DNA of 64,000 bases from Candidatus Bathyarchaeia archaeon (GCA_049517415.1 JBEKSC010000004.1:1-64000); one strand, 5' to 3'; counted from the first letter of the stretch, positions 10,377-21,019 are shown. The notes: generated from the letters alone by a model not told the origin. Program-made: numbers and translations.

Positions 10377-11420
10377 TCAGCGTAGGCCGGATCCTGTTAC
10401 TTCGCTAAGCGAATTTAGCTTCGAATTCTCAAGCATTCGGAGTATTTCTCGATTGATTCTTGAGACGACGCCCGGCCCCTCATAGATCAGCCCAGTGTAC
10501 AGTTGAACTGAAGATGCACCTGCTTCCAACGCACGCCAGGCGTCAAGGCCTGAGGATATGCCGCCACAGGCGCTGAGGGGGATCTTGCCACGGGTGTGAT
10601 CGTAAACGTCCGCAACTATCCTAAGCGTGTCTCGAAGGATTAGTGACCCACTGAGCCCACCTGTCCCGATGCTGGCCCGAGGTTCAGCGATGAGTTTCGA
10701 GTTAGTTGCGGTGAGCCCGTCGATGGAAGCCTTCACACACACGTCCACCAGGTTGTGAACGTTTTCTCGCTGTTTATCATCGAAGTAGGGCGGAATCTTC
10801 ACCCAAATCGATTTTCCACTCCTCCTAACGCTACTAATCGCGGTGAGCAGTTTCGTGAGCACATCAGGGTCCTGGAAAATCCTTACGCCAGCCGTATTTG
10901 GAGTACTAATATTCAACTCGACGGCGTCTGCAAGAAGTTCCATTTCGCGATAACATTCGACGAACTCGTCAATGCTAAGCCCGGAGATGCTGACTATGAT
11001 CGGTCCTGGGAGAGGTTTGGGCTTTGACAGTTTGACGGCTATCTTGTGCACTCCTTCGTTCGGTAACCCCATTGAGTTTACGAGCGACCTCTGAGGATAT
11101 CGCCACATTCTCGGTTTCGGGTTACCTTCTCGAGGGTTTAGGGTAACAGTACCCAATGTAAGAAATCCGAACCCGATTCGAAACAGTGCCGCTGACATTT
11201 CGCAGTTCTTGTCGAAACCTGCTGCAAGTCCCACGGGGTTAGGCAGATTGAGTTTTCCAACTCTCACATGCAACCGATCATCCCGCATTTGCAAGTGCCA
11301 ACTCAGCATATTCCAGAGCAGTGGCCGTTTGAAGAACCATTTCGCAATACCGTGAGCCGTTTCAGGAGGAGTCAGAAATAGGGCCGGCTTGACGACCGTT
11401 CTATAGAGGCTTAGGTCCAA
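10377..11420 (-). CDS. pyrD: Dihydroorotate dehydrogenase (quinone, class 2)
   Basis: PETAH, NPVGLAAGFDKN, GNPKPR, NISTPNT, GGLSG, VQLYTGLIYEGP. Confidence 0.93.
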   Translation of the reverse strand: MDLSLYRTVVKPALFLTPPETAHGIAKWFFKRPLLWNMLSWHLQMRDDRLHVRVGKLNLPNPVGLAAGFDKNCEMSAALFRIGFGFLTLGTVTLNPREGNPKPRMWRYPQRSLVNSMGLPNEGVHKIAVKLSKPKPLPGPIIVSISGLSIDEFVECYREMELLADAVELNISTPNTAGVRIFQDPDVLTKLLTAISSVRRSGKSIWVKIPPYFDDKQRENVHNLVDVCVKASIDGLTATNSKLIAEPRASIGTGGLSGSLILRDTLRIVADVYDHTRGKIPLSACGGISSGLDAWRALEAGASSVQLYTGLIYEGPGVVSRINREILRMLENSKLNSLSEVTGSGLR

Positions 11421-11569
11421 GTAAGACTACCCGAGATCCTAACGAGTTTGCTTGGGAATCGTGAAGAATACATTGACAAAACAGCTATTCAGACCGACCT
11501 CAGTTCTCATAGTTGGAAATTGTTGGCTCGTCTATTATACGGCCAAATACAAAATTTCCCCTGATCCCC

Positions 11570-12106
11570 ATGAGCAAGCCGGAACACGCGTTTCTCTCTG
11601 AAATCATGACGACCAAGGTCGTCACGGTGGATATCAGCGAGCGCGTAGAAGAGGCGCTGCGGCTCATGATCAAATTCGATATTGGAAGCATAATCGTTGT
11701 GGACAAACAGAAACCTGTTGGAATCATCACTGAGCGCGACATAACTAGGGCCGCACTAAGGGGAGACAGCCTGCTCAGACTTCCAGCGCGCAGCCTCATG
11801 TCTAGACCGTTGCAAACAACTACGCCGAACCAGGAAATTTGGCGTACTTTCGAAATCATGCTCAGGCTAGGGGTGAGGCGACTTCCGGTGGTAGACAATG
11901 ACAAACTGGTTGGCATTGTCACAGAAAAGGATCTTACCCGTTGGGTTCTTCGAATCTTCTACGAACCTAATCTGCCGGAAGAAGTGCAAGGGCTCATCAA
12001 CAACCCACGCATTGAAGCATTGACTGGAAGGCCAAGATGCTCAAGTTGCGGACGCTACCAAGACGAGTGCATCTGCGTCAGAACCCAGATAGCAAGCGAA
12101 GAATAG
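11570..12106 (+). CDS. CBS domain pair protein with C-terminal Cys motif
   Basis: Two CBS repeats (GIITERD, RRLPVV) and a C-terminal CSSC...CIC. Confidence 0.85.
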   Translation: MSKPEHAFLSEIMTTKVVTVDISERVEEALRLMIKFDIGSIIVVDKQKPVGIITERDITRAALRGDSLLRLPARSLMSRPLQTTTPNQEIWRTFEIMLRLGVRRLPVVDNDKLVGIVTEKDLTRWVLRIFYEPNLPEEVQGLINNPRIEALTGRPRCSSCGRYQDECICVRTQIASEE

Positions 12107-12188
12107 CCCAGAAGCGGCTTGCCCAATTCAGACGTCTCCGACACAATAAATGTAAGCATAGCAGAAACCTTGTTCGAGAGAATGACCT

Positions 12189-13208
12189 ATGCGGGAAGCT
12201 GTTCACTCAGGAGTGACCGCGAAGGTTCCCGCGTCTATCGCTAATCTTGGCCCCGGATTCGATGTGCACTCTATCGCGTTGCAGAAACCTTCGATAGAAG
12301 TCACATTGGCGAAGGACACATCTGGTTCAGTTACAATACACGCTATTGGACAGTTCCGTCAGGAAGTAACTACGAATCCCGAATTTCATGCCGGAGCCAG
12401 AGCCCTGAGAAACCTTCACAAGCTATTTGGAGTAGCTGCGTCATACGCGCTTCAAATCAGAGTAGATATCCCACCCCGAAAAGGGTTAGGCCTTTCAGGG
12501 GCCGAAGCTGTCGGAGCCGTCCTATGCGCGAATCAAATTTTTAAACTCGGTTTGGACATGCCGAGCGTGGCTCGAATCGCCGCGACCGCTGAGCCGTCAC
12601 ATCATATGGACAACGTAGCTGCCTCGGCTCTTGGTGGATTCAACATCATATCAAGGACGTCCGTCGAAGAACAGCAGATAACCACCTATCGCCCACCAAT
12701 CGATTTGGGTGTCGCTCTCGTCGTGCCCAACATAGAAAAGGCCTCTACCGAAGCGACGAGACAATCGTTGCCAGAAACAGTATCGAGAGAGCAATATGTG
12801 AGCTGCATGGGTTACATAAGCAAGATTTCTGCTGCCTTCGTTTCATGTGATGTCAATGCGATAATTGAAACACTCCCATGGGATCCCACGTTCGAGCCTG
12901 CCCGAGCCGAGGCAGGGTGCTACGGAAAAGGAGTAAACGCACAATTTCTCAGGGAGGAGAAGAAAATGTTACTCAAGGAATTCCATGTCGCAGAGACAAT
13001 CAGCGGAGCGGGACCTTCACGCGCGCTCTGGTACAGTATCTCGGAGAACCGCCGATTACGCAGGAAGAGGCATGAAAGCCTGATTGACAGCGCGATCGAG
13101 CGAGTTTCAACGAGACTTAGATTGCTCGGGCACGATGTCCAACAGGTATTTGTGACGAAGCCATCAATTGAAGGCGCGACCATCACTGCCTCGAAGGGTC
13201 GCGAATGA
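12189..13208 (+). CDS. thrB: Homoserine kinase
   Basis: VPASIANLGPGFD, GLGLSGA, HMDNV, ISGAGPS; overlaps thrC start. Confidence 0.88.
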   Translation: MREAVHSGVTAKVPASIANLGPGFDVHSIALQKPSIEVTLAKDTSGSVTIHAIGQFRQEVTTNPEFHAGARALRNLHKLFGVAASYALQIRVDIPPRKGLGLSGAEAVGAVLCANQIFKLGLDMPSVARIAATAEPSHHMDNVAASALGGFNIISRTSVEEQQITTYRPPIDLGVALVVPNIEKASTEATRQSLPETVSREQYVSCMGYISKISAAFVSCDVNAIIETLPWDPTFEPARAEAGCYGKGVNAQFLREEKKMLLKEFHVAETISGAGPSRALWYSISENRRLRRKRHESLIDSAIERVSTRLRLLGHDVQQVFVTKPSIEGATITASKGRE

Positions 13209-14374
13209 AACATCTGCTTCAATGCATCGGCTGCTCGAAAGAATTCAAGCCAACTCAAATCTACACATGCCCAGAATGTGGCGACTTGCTTCAGATAATC
13301 TATGATTACGCTTCATTAGGTAGACAATTACGTGAATCATTGAACACGCCGGGTCCTCTTTCTGTCTGGCGATACCACAGGATTCTTCCGGTTTCTATCA
13401 AGAACGCGGTCAGCATCGGTGAAGGTGGAACAGGATTATCCAAATCGTCAAGGCTAATCCAGCGTGTAGACACGACCGAGGTTTATTTCAAGAACGATGG
13501 CCAAAACCCCACAGGCTCATTCAAGGATCGAGGTATGACAGTTGCAATAACGAGGGCGGTAGAGATTGGAGCGAAGAGAGTTCTCTGCGCTTCCACGGGA
13601 AACACCTCCGCATCGATGGCCGCTTACGCCGCGAAGGCTGGATTGAGAGCAGTTGTTCTTATCCCAAAGGGCAAGATTGCCATGGGGAAACTCCTGCAGG
13701 CTGTGGTTCATGGCGCTAAGATCATTCAAGTTGACGGAAACTTCGACAAAGCGCTTGAACGTGCAAGAGGGATGGCGTCGCGTAGACGCGGGCTCTATTT
13801 AGTCAATTCACTAAACCCATACCGTATCGAAGGGCAAAAGACGCTGGCTTTCGAAGTCTGGGAGCAGTTGGGACGTAGAGTTCCGGATGTCGTTTTCGTG
13901 CCGGTGGGAAATGCAGGGAACATCAGTGCCATATGGAAGGGCTTCCAAGAGCTGAGGCAATTGAGATTGACTAGAGAGGTCCCGCGAATGATATGGGTGC
14001 AGGCATCCGGTGCAGCCCCATTGGCAGATGCTTATGCGAAGGGATTGGAGGAAGTTGTTCAGTGGCCTAATCCTGAAACCGTGGCGAGCGCGATACGAAT
14101 TGGGGCCCCCGTTAGTTGGAAGAAGGCTCTCCGGGCGGTTAGGCAATCGAAAGGAGCCATAATCAAAGCGTCCGACGAAGAGATAACTACTGCCCAACGC
14201 TTACTCGCTAATCACGAGGGAATATTTGCAGAGCCGGCAAGTGCCGCATCGGTCGCTGGCCTCTTAAAGGCCAAACGGTTGCACCTGATAAAAACTTACG
14301 AGACAATAGTTTGCGTAATTACGGGGCATGGACTAAAGGATCAGAAGGCTGCCGCCAACTTCGTAAGTCTCTAA
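13205..14374 (+). CDS. thrC: Threonine synthase
   Basis: N-terminal zinc ribbon, NPTGSFKDRG, ASTGNT, PVGNAGN, EPASA, TGHGLKD. Confidence 0.95.
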   Translation: MKHLLQCIGCSKEFKPTQIYTCPECGDLLQIIYDYASLGRQLRESLNTPGPLSVWRYHRILPVSIKNAVSIGEGGTGLSKSSRLIQRVDTTEVYFKNDGQNPTGSFKDRGMTVAITRAVEIGAKRVLCASTGNTSASMAAYAAKAGLRAVVLIPKGKIAMGKLLQAVVHGAKIIQVDGNFDKALERARGMASRRRGLYLVNSLNPYRIEGQKTLAFEVWEQLGRRVPDVVFVPVGNAGNISAIWKGFQELRQLRLTREVPRMIWVQASGAAPLADAYAKGLEEVVQWPNPETVASAIRIGAPVSWKKALRAVRQSKGAIIKASDEEITTAQRLLANHEGIFAEPASAASVAGLLKAKRLHLIKTYETIVCVITGHGLKDQKAAANFVSL

Positions 14375-14475
14375 CCGGCGTGGTTTCAATTCGGCCTTCC
14401 GTGAACGTAGTTATGGACTGGGGTTGACATTAAGCTTCAAAGAATTTCTCGCCAGACTTGGGGATACGTTCTCTT

Positions 14476-14762
14476 TCATTTCGCAGCGTAGATCGAGTAT
14501 ATGATCGCTACGAATCCGATGACAGTCAAAACGCCTTCAATGTAATTGCGGCAAGAATGTCAGAGCCCAGTATTACAAACATTAGCCCCTCAAGAAGAGT
14601 ACCTGCAGTAATGCATGCAAAACCTAACGCCACGTATAGCAAAGGTTTGGTGGCATTTCTTTTGTAGCCCCTGTAGGCAAGATAGACAATGAACGCCCCG
14701 AGGAAGAGGGCGATCAGTCGCATTATTGATGTGGCCCAAAACAGTTGCGTATACTCGATCAA
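14476..14762 (-). pseudogene. Small archaeal membrane protein (typical partner of the adjacent wHTH), with a frameshift near 14540
   Basis: The listed ORF ends ...AAITLKAF. A one-base shift restores IEGVLTVIGFVAIIYSIYAAK*, a plausible final TM helix, stop at 14476. Could be a sequencing error. Confidence 0.65.
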
Positions 14763-14777
14763 GTGGTCGGGCCTTGG

Positions 14778-15137
14778 TTAGATTGTTGGGATTGAACTCC
14801 ACATGCGAGTGAACCTGTCCGAAACATGCTCATTCACTATTACGTCTATCCGGACATCACCTTTCTCGAAACTTACGTCTATTCGTTTTAGGAGGCTTCT
14901 ATACAGGTCAAACCACTTACCATCAGTCGTACGTCCTGATTTAACCGCAGCCAAAAGGCCAGCTTCGACTAACTCTTCGATGCGGCGGTAGACTGTTGTT
15001 ATGGGGATCTCATACTTCTTGCTCAGCTCAAGGGCGCTCATCGGATCCTCTATGGTCGCGGTAAGAATTTTTCTTGAATACTCATCAGCTAAAGCCCCAA
15101 GGATTCGCTGTTTTGCTGGTTCTTCCGTGACTATCAA
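14778..15137 (-). CDS. Winged helix-turn-helix transcriptional regulator (ArsR-like)
   Basis: ALADEYSRKIL...MSALELS...IPITTVYRRIEELVEAGLL. Confidence 0.88.
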   Translation of the reverse strand: MIVTEEPAKQRILGALADEYSRKILTATIEDPMSALELSKKYEIPITTVYRRIEELVEAGLLAAVKSGRTTDGKWFDLYRSLLKRIDVSFEKGDVRIDVIVNEHVSDRFTRMWSSIPTI

Positions 15138-15174
15138 AGGCGCCCTATTCCAAGTTTTCCAGTAAACTACTTCA

Positions 15175-15191
15175 ATCTACGTTATGTAGAT
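15175..15191. promoter_or_regulatory. Inverted repeat ATCTAC-N5-GTAGAT, candidate operator
   Basis: Perfect 6-bp arms in the divergent gap between the wHTH regulator and the thiolase. Confidence 0.4.
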
Positions 15192-15279
15192 GTTGTTAGC
15201 CTTTTTGAGGCTAACTCAGGATAACTCAATAAGTTACCTACTTAGGCCTGACTAAAGCAGCTTTGTAAAGGCGAAGTTA

Positions 15280-16423
15280 ATGAGGGTAGGCATTGTTGGC
15301 GTCGGGCAGACTAAATTCGGCAAGCTATACGATTCATCGAGTCGGGAACTTGTGGCCGACGCGTTCAAGGATGCCCTTTCCGACGCTGGGATTGCTAGAG
15401 ATGATATCTCAACTATCATCGTCTGTTCAGGATCGGATTACGATAAACAACGTTCTCCCAGCGGAATACTGACGGAGTATGTTGGTCTCAACCCGAAGCC
15501 AACGTTCCATGTTGAGGCCGCTTGCGCATCCTCCGGCGTGGGAGTAAGGGTTGGTCTATGATTCAAGCTGGTTTGCACGATATAGTGGCAGTTGTCGGTT
15601 TTCAGAAGATGACTGAACTCGACGCTGACGAGGTGCAGGATGTGATGAGCAGGTCGGGTGATGTGGGAGTCGCCTTTTGGTCCGACGATGCCAGCCTACT
15701 ACGCAATGCACGCTCGGGCTCACATGAACAGGTATGGAACGACGGAAGAACAATTCGCTTTAGTCTCAGTTAAGAACCACAAATATGGCGCGAAGAATCC
15801 GTACGCTATGTTCCAAAAAGAAATTACTGTCGACGATGTCTTGAAATCTCGTGTCGTTGCAAGCCCACTTAAGCTCTATGACTGCTGCGTCAACGCAGAC
15901 GGCGCAGCATGCATTATTCTGGCAGGCGGAGAGAGGGCGCGTAAGATTACGCGGTGCTCCCGTCTGGATAACTGGACTGGGTCTAGCGTCGAGTCCGATG
16001 TCGCTCACGAGCCGGAATGAGTTTGCCAGTTTCGAATGTAGCGTTCAAGCTGTCAGGCAAGCGTACAAAATGGCGAAGGTAAACGCTGGAGACATCGATG
16101 TCGCCGAAGTGCATGATAGCTTCACATCAGCCGAAGTAATCAACTACGAGGATCTGGGATTCTGCAGAAAAGGTGAAGGCGGGAAGTTCATCGCGGACGG
16201 CCAAACTTACGTCGGAGGAAAGATTCCCGTGAATGTAGACGGAGGATTATTAGCAAAAGGCCATCCCGTGGGAGCAACGGGGGCCTCACATATAATTTCA
16301 ATAGCTAAACAATTACGCAACGAAGGCGGCTCTAACCCGGTCCCGAACGCAAGGTTAGGATTGGCTCACAACATTGGGGGCATCGGGATGTACTCTGTCT
16401 GCACTATCCTCAGCGCTAGGTAA
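15280..16423 (+). pseudogene. Acetyl-CoA C-acetyltransferase (SCP2-type archaeal thiolase), interrupted by three frameshifts
   Basis: Consecutive frames give MRVGIVGVGQTKFG, EAACASS, KNHKYG..NP.A, DGAA, EVHDSF, GGLLAKGHPVGATG, HNIGG; shifts near 15553, 15660 and 15952. Confidence 0.88.
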
Positions 16424-16429
16424 TTTCAC

Positions 16430-16870
16430 GTGGGGAGGCTACAGAAATTGGTTTTCGAAAGGTTCGGTTGGGTATCGTATACCGATCAAACTAGGATATC
16501 AAAATTCATTGACTACTTACAGGAGGGAAAAATCTCTGGTACCCAGTGCAAGGAATGTGGTTGTGTTCAGTTTCCGCCACGAGCACACTGCGTCAGATGC
16601 CTCTCGAGCAACTTCGAATGGAAAGATCTTACTGGCAACCGCGTGCTCATTACTTACACCAAGCTCCACGCAACACCATCCATGTTCAAAGATCAGGCGC
16701 CCTATTTCCTGGGCCTTGCAGAGCTCTCTAATGGCCCGAAAGTCTTCGCTTGGATCGACAAAACGATTCCCGACGATCAGATAACCATTGGAATGAAACT
16801 GAAGTTACAGCCTACAAACTTGCCGAACGGCAATTTGTGTTACAGTCTAATTAAGCCAGATACGGTCTAG
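16430..16870 (+). CDS. DUF35 Zn-ribbon/OB-fold protein (thiolase partner)
   Basis: CKECG...FPPRAHCVRC, PY..GLAEL; directly follows the thiolase. Confidence 0.9.
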   Translation: MGRLQKLVFERFGWVSYTDQTRISKFIDYLQEGKISGTQCKECGCVQFPPRAHCVRCLSSNFEWKDLTGNRVLITYTKLHATPSMFKDQAPYFLGLAELSNGPKVFAWIDKTIPDDQITIGMKLKLQPTNLPNGNLCYSLIKPDTV

Positions 16871-17575
16871 GGTTAAGGAAGAGCGTCAGGTCTAACGCAA
16901 ACAACCACTCCAGCGTAGAACGCTTACACAGAGTGACTGTGGCCTTTACCGTTGCGGCAGCAAGTTGGCAAATACTCGTCGTCTATTTTGTCGTCGCTTG
17001 CTTCCGGTTTTTCTTCTACCACGAAACCCTCTCGAACATACCCCGCTAATCGCTTATAGCATTTGGCTTAACGGGCGAAGGCTAAACCTTGACAGTTGCA
17101 ATGGGAGCGGAGACAGAAGACGAAGCCGTGTTTGCCGCAAAAGAGAGATCTAGAATATTCTAGACACTACTGTGAGGTTAACAATAGAATTCCCGTGGGA
17201 CGAAGACCAGTAATTGGCCTTTCTTCTGATGCCAATCCACGATCCGGTATAGGCAATCGTCCAGTTTCGCACTTGCCAAGATGTTCAGGAGGCCGTCGAT
17301 CACAGTAGAACCGTATTTAGTGCTTGAGATGTACAAGTAACCGATGAATCCGACAAGTAGAATTCCGAGCGCCTCCAACCTCCCGGCGAAAAGTCTTTTC
17401 CTATACCGCCTGATGAAATGTAAATGGGCGAGGTTTTGGCCTCTCTCAACTTGAGATTCCTTGCCCTGACCACATAAGTCTGTTGCTGGCGCCGCCAAGA
17501 TCACCCAGGCGAATATGTTCCCAGAGAACGAGGGACATTTAGCTCTGTAATGGTGCTCATGCAGGGTTAGGAGCG

Positions 17576-18352
17576 TTGGTTATGTCGCGGTTGTCTGGCA
17601 AGGTTGCCATTATCACTGGAGCTAGCGGAGGAATTGGACGTGCGGCGGCGGTAGAGTTCGCAAGTGAAGGTGCAGACGTTGTGTTGCAATACACGTCAAG
17701 GATAGCTGAAGCGGAAACGGTGGCTGACAAGCTTGCAGCTTTGGGAAAGAAGACAATCCTTGCTCATGTGAACTTCACTGATTTGTTGGAGGCACAAGGT
17801 CAAGTCAAAGAGATGGTGGACGGAGCTATCCAAGAGTTTGGGAAAGTAGATGTGCTGCTGAACCTAGCCGGTTACCCTGCAAGAGGAGAATGGAACAAAT
17901 CTTTCATGGAATTGACGCCTGAAGACTTCTACAAGCCACTTAATGTGGACCTCTTCGGCTCTTTCCTCTGCGCCCACGCCGTTGCGCCGCATTTTCTAGA
18001 GCAGAAAAGCGGTGTCATAGTGAACGTGAGTTCAACACCAGCGTTGAGCGGCCATAACAAAGGGTTTGCATTCACAGTTGCCAAGGCTGGCATCATAGGC
18101 TTGACAAAAGCCTTGGCGTTCGAACTTGCGCCCTACGTCCGAGTGAACACGGTCGCCCTCGGAAATATCGAAACAGAATGGGTGAGCGAATTAAGCAGGG
18201 AAGAATTGGCAAGGGAACGGAGTGGTAACCTAATCAAACGTTTCGGAACGCCTGACGAGATAGCGAAGTCGCTCGTGTTCCTTTGCTCAGAGGATTCCTC
18301 CTTCCTAAACGGACAGACCATAGTCCTAGACGGCGGTAGCACCCTCCACTGA
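17576..18352 (+). CDS. Short-chain dehydrogenase/reductase (FabG-like)
   Basis: TGASGGIG, NVSS, RVNTVALG; F replaces the Tyr in the YxxxK motif (FTVAK). Confidence 0.9.
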   Translation: MVMSRLSGKVAIITGASGGIGRAAAVEFASEGADVVLQYTSRIAEAETVADKLAALGKKTILAHVNFTDLLEAQGQVKEMVDGAIQEFGKVDVLLNLAGYPARGEWNKSFMELTPEDFYKPLNVDLFGSFLCAHAVAPHFLEQKSGVIVNVSSTPALSGHNKGFAFTVAKAGIIGLTKALAFELAPYVRVNTVALGNIETEWVSELSREELARERSGNLIKRFGTPDEIAKSLVFLCSEDSSFLNGQTIVLDGGSTLH

Positions 18353-18387
18353 AGTTAGAATGTTATTTGCGGCGTAAACTGGAAAAT

Positions 18388-19776
18388 CTAGTTTTCTTTC
18401 ACGGCGACCGCGTATATTTCGAGCCCCTTTTCAAGTAACTCTTCGCTGATAATCAATGGGGCCATAAAGCGAAGTACATTTCCGAAGTGGCCGCACGTGT
18501 GCATGAGAAGTCCTCTCTCAAACATCGTCTTTCGCAGCTTTACGGCTAAATCCTTAGAGGGTTTCTTTGTTTCCTTTGAATCCACGAACTCATTACCGAT
18601 CATAAAGCCTGCGCCTCTCACGTCTCCGATGCTGTTGCTCGTGTTTGCAATATGTGCGAATCTTGAAATCGTTTTCTCTCCCAGTTGTTGGACTCTGTTG
18701 AGCAGATTTGTTTTCCTGATGAAATCGACGCTTGCAGAGCCGGCGGCTAAGGCAATCGGGTTTCCTCTATATGTTCCGAGGTGAAATGCTTCAGGAAGCT
18801 TACTGTCGTATTCGTCACGGTGTGCTATGAACGAGAGGGGAATGCCAGCTCCAACTGACTTAGATACGCACATAATGTCCGGTGATGTGTTTGTCAACTC
18901 GCATCCCCAAAAGCGTCCAGTTCTTCCGAACCCTGTTTGAACTTCGTCGATTATTAGTGGAATCTGAAACTTATCTGCAATTTCTCGTAATCCAGGTAGG
19001 AAGTCGTTTGGTGGAACAATGTATCCTCCTTCACCTTGAATCGGTTCAACTAAGATTCCGCAGGCGTCATCGAGGCCTGAATGAGTGTCCGTCAGCAGGT
19101 GTTCAAGGTATCTCAGAACAACCTTAGCTTCATCGCCCTTCTGTTCAACGGGGAGGGGGAACCGGTATGGGTAGGGGAATGGAATGTGAGATACACCATA
19201 CCTCATAGCCCCCGAGGTCGAGAGGTACTGCCGGCTTGCAGTTGCGCCCACGATGCCCTGATGGACGCCGTGGTACGCGCCCTCGAAGGCGATTATCGTT
19301 CTCTTCCCAGTCGCGTACTTGGCGAGGCTGACCGCTGCTTCACATGCGTCTCCGCCTGTGACGGTGAACAGGATTTTCGCGTGCCCTCGCAGATTTCCCG
19401 GGAGAAGGGAGTGCATCTTTTCAAGGAAATCAATTCTGGTTTCAGTGGGGATCTCAAGAGAGTGCCATATGCGATCCATCTGCGATTTGACAGCTGCACT
19501 GATATCGGGATTGTTATGGCCGAGGTTAAGCACGCTTATACCACTAACCCAATCGATGTACACGTTGCCATCGACGTCCTTTATCGTGGCACCTTTAGCG
19601 GAGTCTATTGCGAAAGGAAATGCTTTGGCGTAAATCACAGCTCTAGTCTCGAGAGCAGCTTGCTTTGCGAGGAGTTCCTTCGACTTCGCCCCAGGCGGTT
19701 TGACCCGGATATTGGGGGCACCTTGGTAGCTTAACGATTCGAGATTAACGATTCCAGAAAGATCAAGCGAAGTCAA
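18388..19776 (-). CDS. Class III PLP aminotransferase (4-aminobutyrate/diaminobutyrate-like)
   Basis: DVDGNVYID, EPIQGEGG, DEVQTGFGRTG, SKSVG, GTYRGN. Confidence 0.92.
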   Translation of the reverse strand: MTSLDLSGIVNLESLSYQGAPNIRVKPPGAKSKELLAKQAALETRAVIYAKAFPFAIDSAKGATIKDVDGNVYIDWVSGISVLNLGHNNPDISAAVKSQMDRIWHSLEIPTETRIDFLEKMHSLLPGNLRGHAKILFTVTGGDACEAAVSLAKYATGKRTIIAFEGAYHGVHQGIVGATASRQYLSTSGAMRYGVSHIPFPYPYRFPLPVEQKGDEAKVVLRYLEHLLTDTHSGLDDACGILVEPIQGEGGYIVPPNDFLPGLREIADKFQIPLIIDEVQTGFGRTGRFWGCELTNTSPDIMCVSKSVGAGIPLSFIAHRDEYDSKLPEAFHLGTYRGNPIALAAGSASVDFIRKTNLLNRVQQLGEKTISRFAHIANTSNSIGDVRGAGFMIGNEFVDSKETKKPSKDLAVKLRKTMFERGLLMHTCGHFGNVLRFMAPLIISEELLEKGLEIYAVAVKEN

Positions 19777-19924
19777 TTAAGCACACACCTAGAGAAGCGC
19801 TCGGCTTCCAGCGTAATTAGCACTATCGGAGGCCCAGTCGAAAGATTGCGAACTTGGGTCAATGAGCACAAAGTGTTTGAAGGTCTGTGGTTCGAATCGT
19901 TGTTTTCTATTCCTCAGCCAAGAA

Positions 19925-20194
19925 TTAACCTGAACGTTTTGAGCTCCTAATGCGTCTAGACCGTCGAAGAACAGCAAGAATTGGACCGAAAAGCAATGCT
20001 AGAAAAAGCACAAACACGGCCGCCGCGCCTATCTTCACGCGAAAATCAGCAGACGTGAGGCCGTAATTACATTCGAGAACTCCAAATAATTTCATGCCCG
20101 CCGAACCTTGCAAACAATTTAATGCGACCAGCAAAACCACTAGCGCAATGCCCGTCGAGATAAAAGCGACTTCAAGGATACTAGTCGATTTCAT
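19925..20194 (-). CDS. Small hypothetical membrane protein
   Basis: Two TM segments and a basic tail; abuts the crotonase stop. Confidence 0.55.
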   Translation of the reverse strand: MKSTSILEVAFISTGIALVVLLVALNCLQGSAGMKLFGVLECNYGLTSADFRVKIGAAAVFVLFLALLFGPILAVLRRSRRIRSSKRSG

Positions 20195-21019
20195 TCATCT
20201 TCCCTTAAAAGTGGGTTTTCTTTTCTCGAGGAACGCTCTCATGCCTTCTTTGCCGTCTTCAGTTGCGAACAACATATAGAAGATCCTGCGTTCAAATTCC
20301 AATCCTACTTCAAGTGTCGTGTCTTGCGCTCTCGATATCGCTTCCTTCGCTGCTCTAACTGATACTGTGGGCTTGGAGGCGATCTCACTAGCAATTTTCT
20401 TTGCTTCATCCATCAAACCTTCTTTCGGCACCACGCGATTAACGAGGCCTGCCCGGCATGCTTCTTCAGCTGAAATCGGTTTGCCCGTTAGTATCATTTC
20501 CATAGCCTTGTACTTCCCAACGGCACGCGTTAACCTTTGTGTGCCGCCGGCGCCCGGCATAATCCCTACATTGACTTCTGGTTGACCGAAGATTGCAGTT
20601 TCCGACGCTATGATAATGTCGCAGTTCATAGCCAACTCATTTCCTCCGCCTAAGCAGTAACCGCTTACTGCAGCTATCATTGGCTTTGAGATCTTTCTGA
20701 TGCGGTCCCAAAGTTCAAAGCGCCGGCCAACCACTAGGTCAACCGGTACGGCTTCAACCATCTCACGCAGGTCTGCTCCAGCTGCAAAGACATTTTCGCC
20801 TCCGGTCAAAATTATGGAATGAACGCTTTGGTCCTTGTCCAGTTCTTCGAGGGCATTTACCAGCTCGACCATGAGCTCGGAGCTTAGTGCGTTGAGAACC
20901 TTGGGGCGGTTCAGGTGAAGTATGCCAACGTTGCCCTCTTTGCTAACTAAGATATTCTGGTAAGTCAAATTCTTTCCCAAACCATCCACCACGTTACACT
21001 CACGGAACTTAAGCTTCAC
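20195..21019 (-). CDS. Enoyl-CoA hydratase/isomerase (crotonase)
   Basis: LNRPKVLNAL, FAAGADL, GGGNEL, GQPEVNVG, PGAGGTQRL. Confidence 0.95.
   Translation of the reverse strand: MKLKFRECNVVDGLGKNLTYQNILVSKEGNVGILHLNRPKVLNALSSELMVELVNALEELDKDQSVHSIILTGGENVFAAGADLREMVEAVPVDLVVGRRFELWDRIRKISKPMIAAVSGYCLGGGNELAMNCDIIIASETAIFGQPEVNVGIMPGAGGTQRLTRAVGKYKAMEMILTGKPISAEEACRAGLVNRVVPKEGLMDEAKKIASEIASKPTVSVRAAKEAISRAQDTTLEVGLEFERRIFYMLFATEDGKEGMRAFLEKRKPTFKGR

Noticed and set aside
15280..16423. Programmed frameshifting in the thiolase
   Set aside because: Three different indels without slippery heptamers, and neighbouring genes are affected too.
16965..17504. ORFs at 16965, 17096 and 17178 as intact genes
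   Set aside because: No recognisable motifs; they look like frame-broken fragments in the indel-rich patch, so they were left uncalled.
19081..19734. 217-aa plus-strand ORF
   Set aside because: Antisense shadow of the class III aminotransferase.
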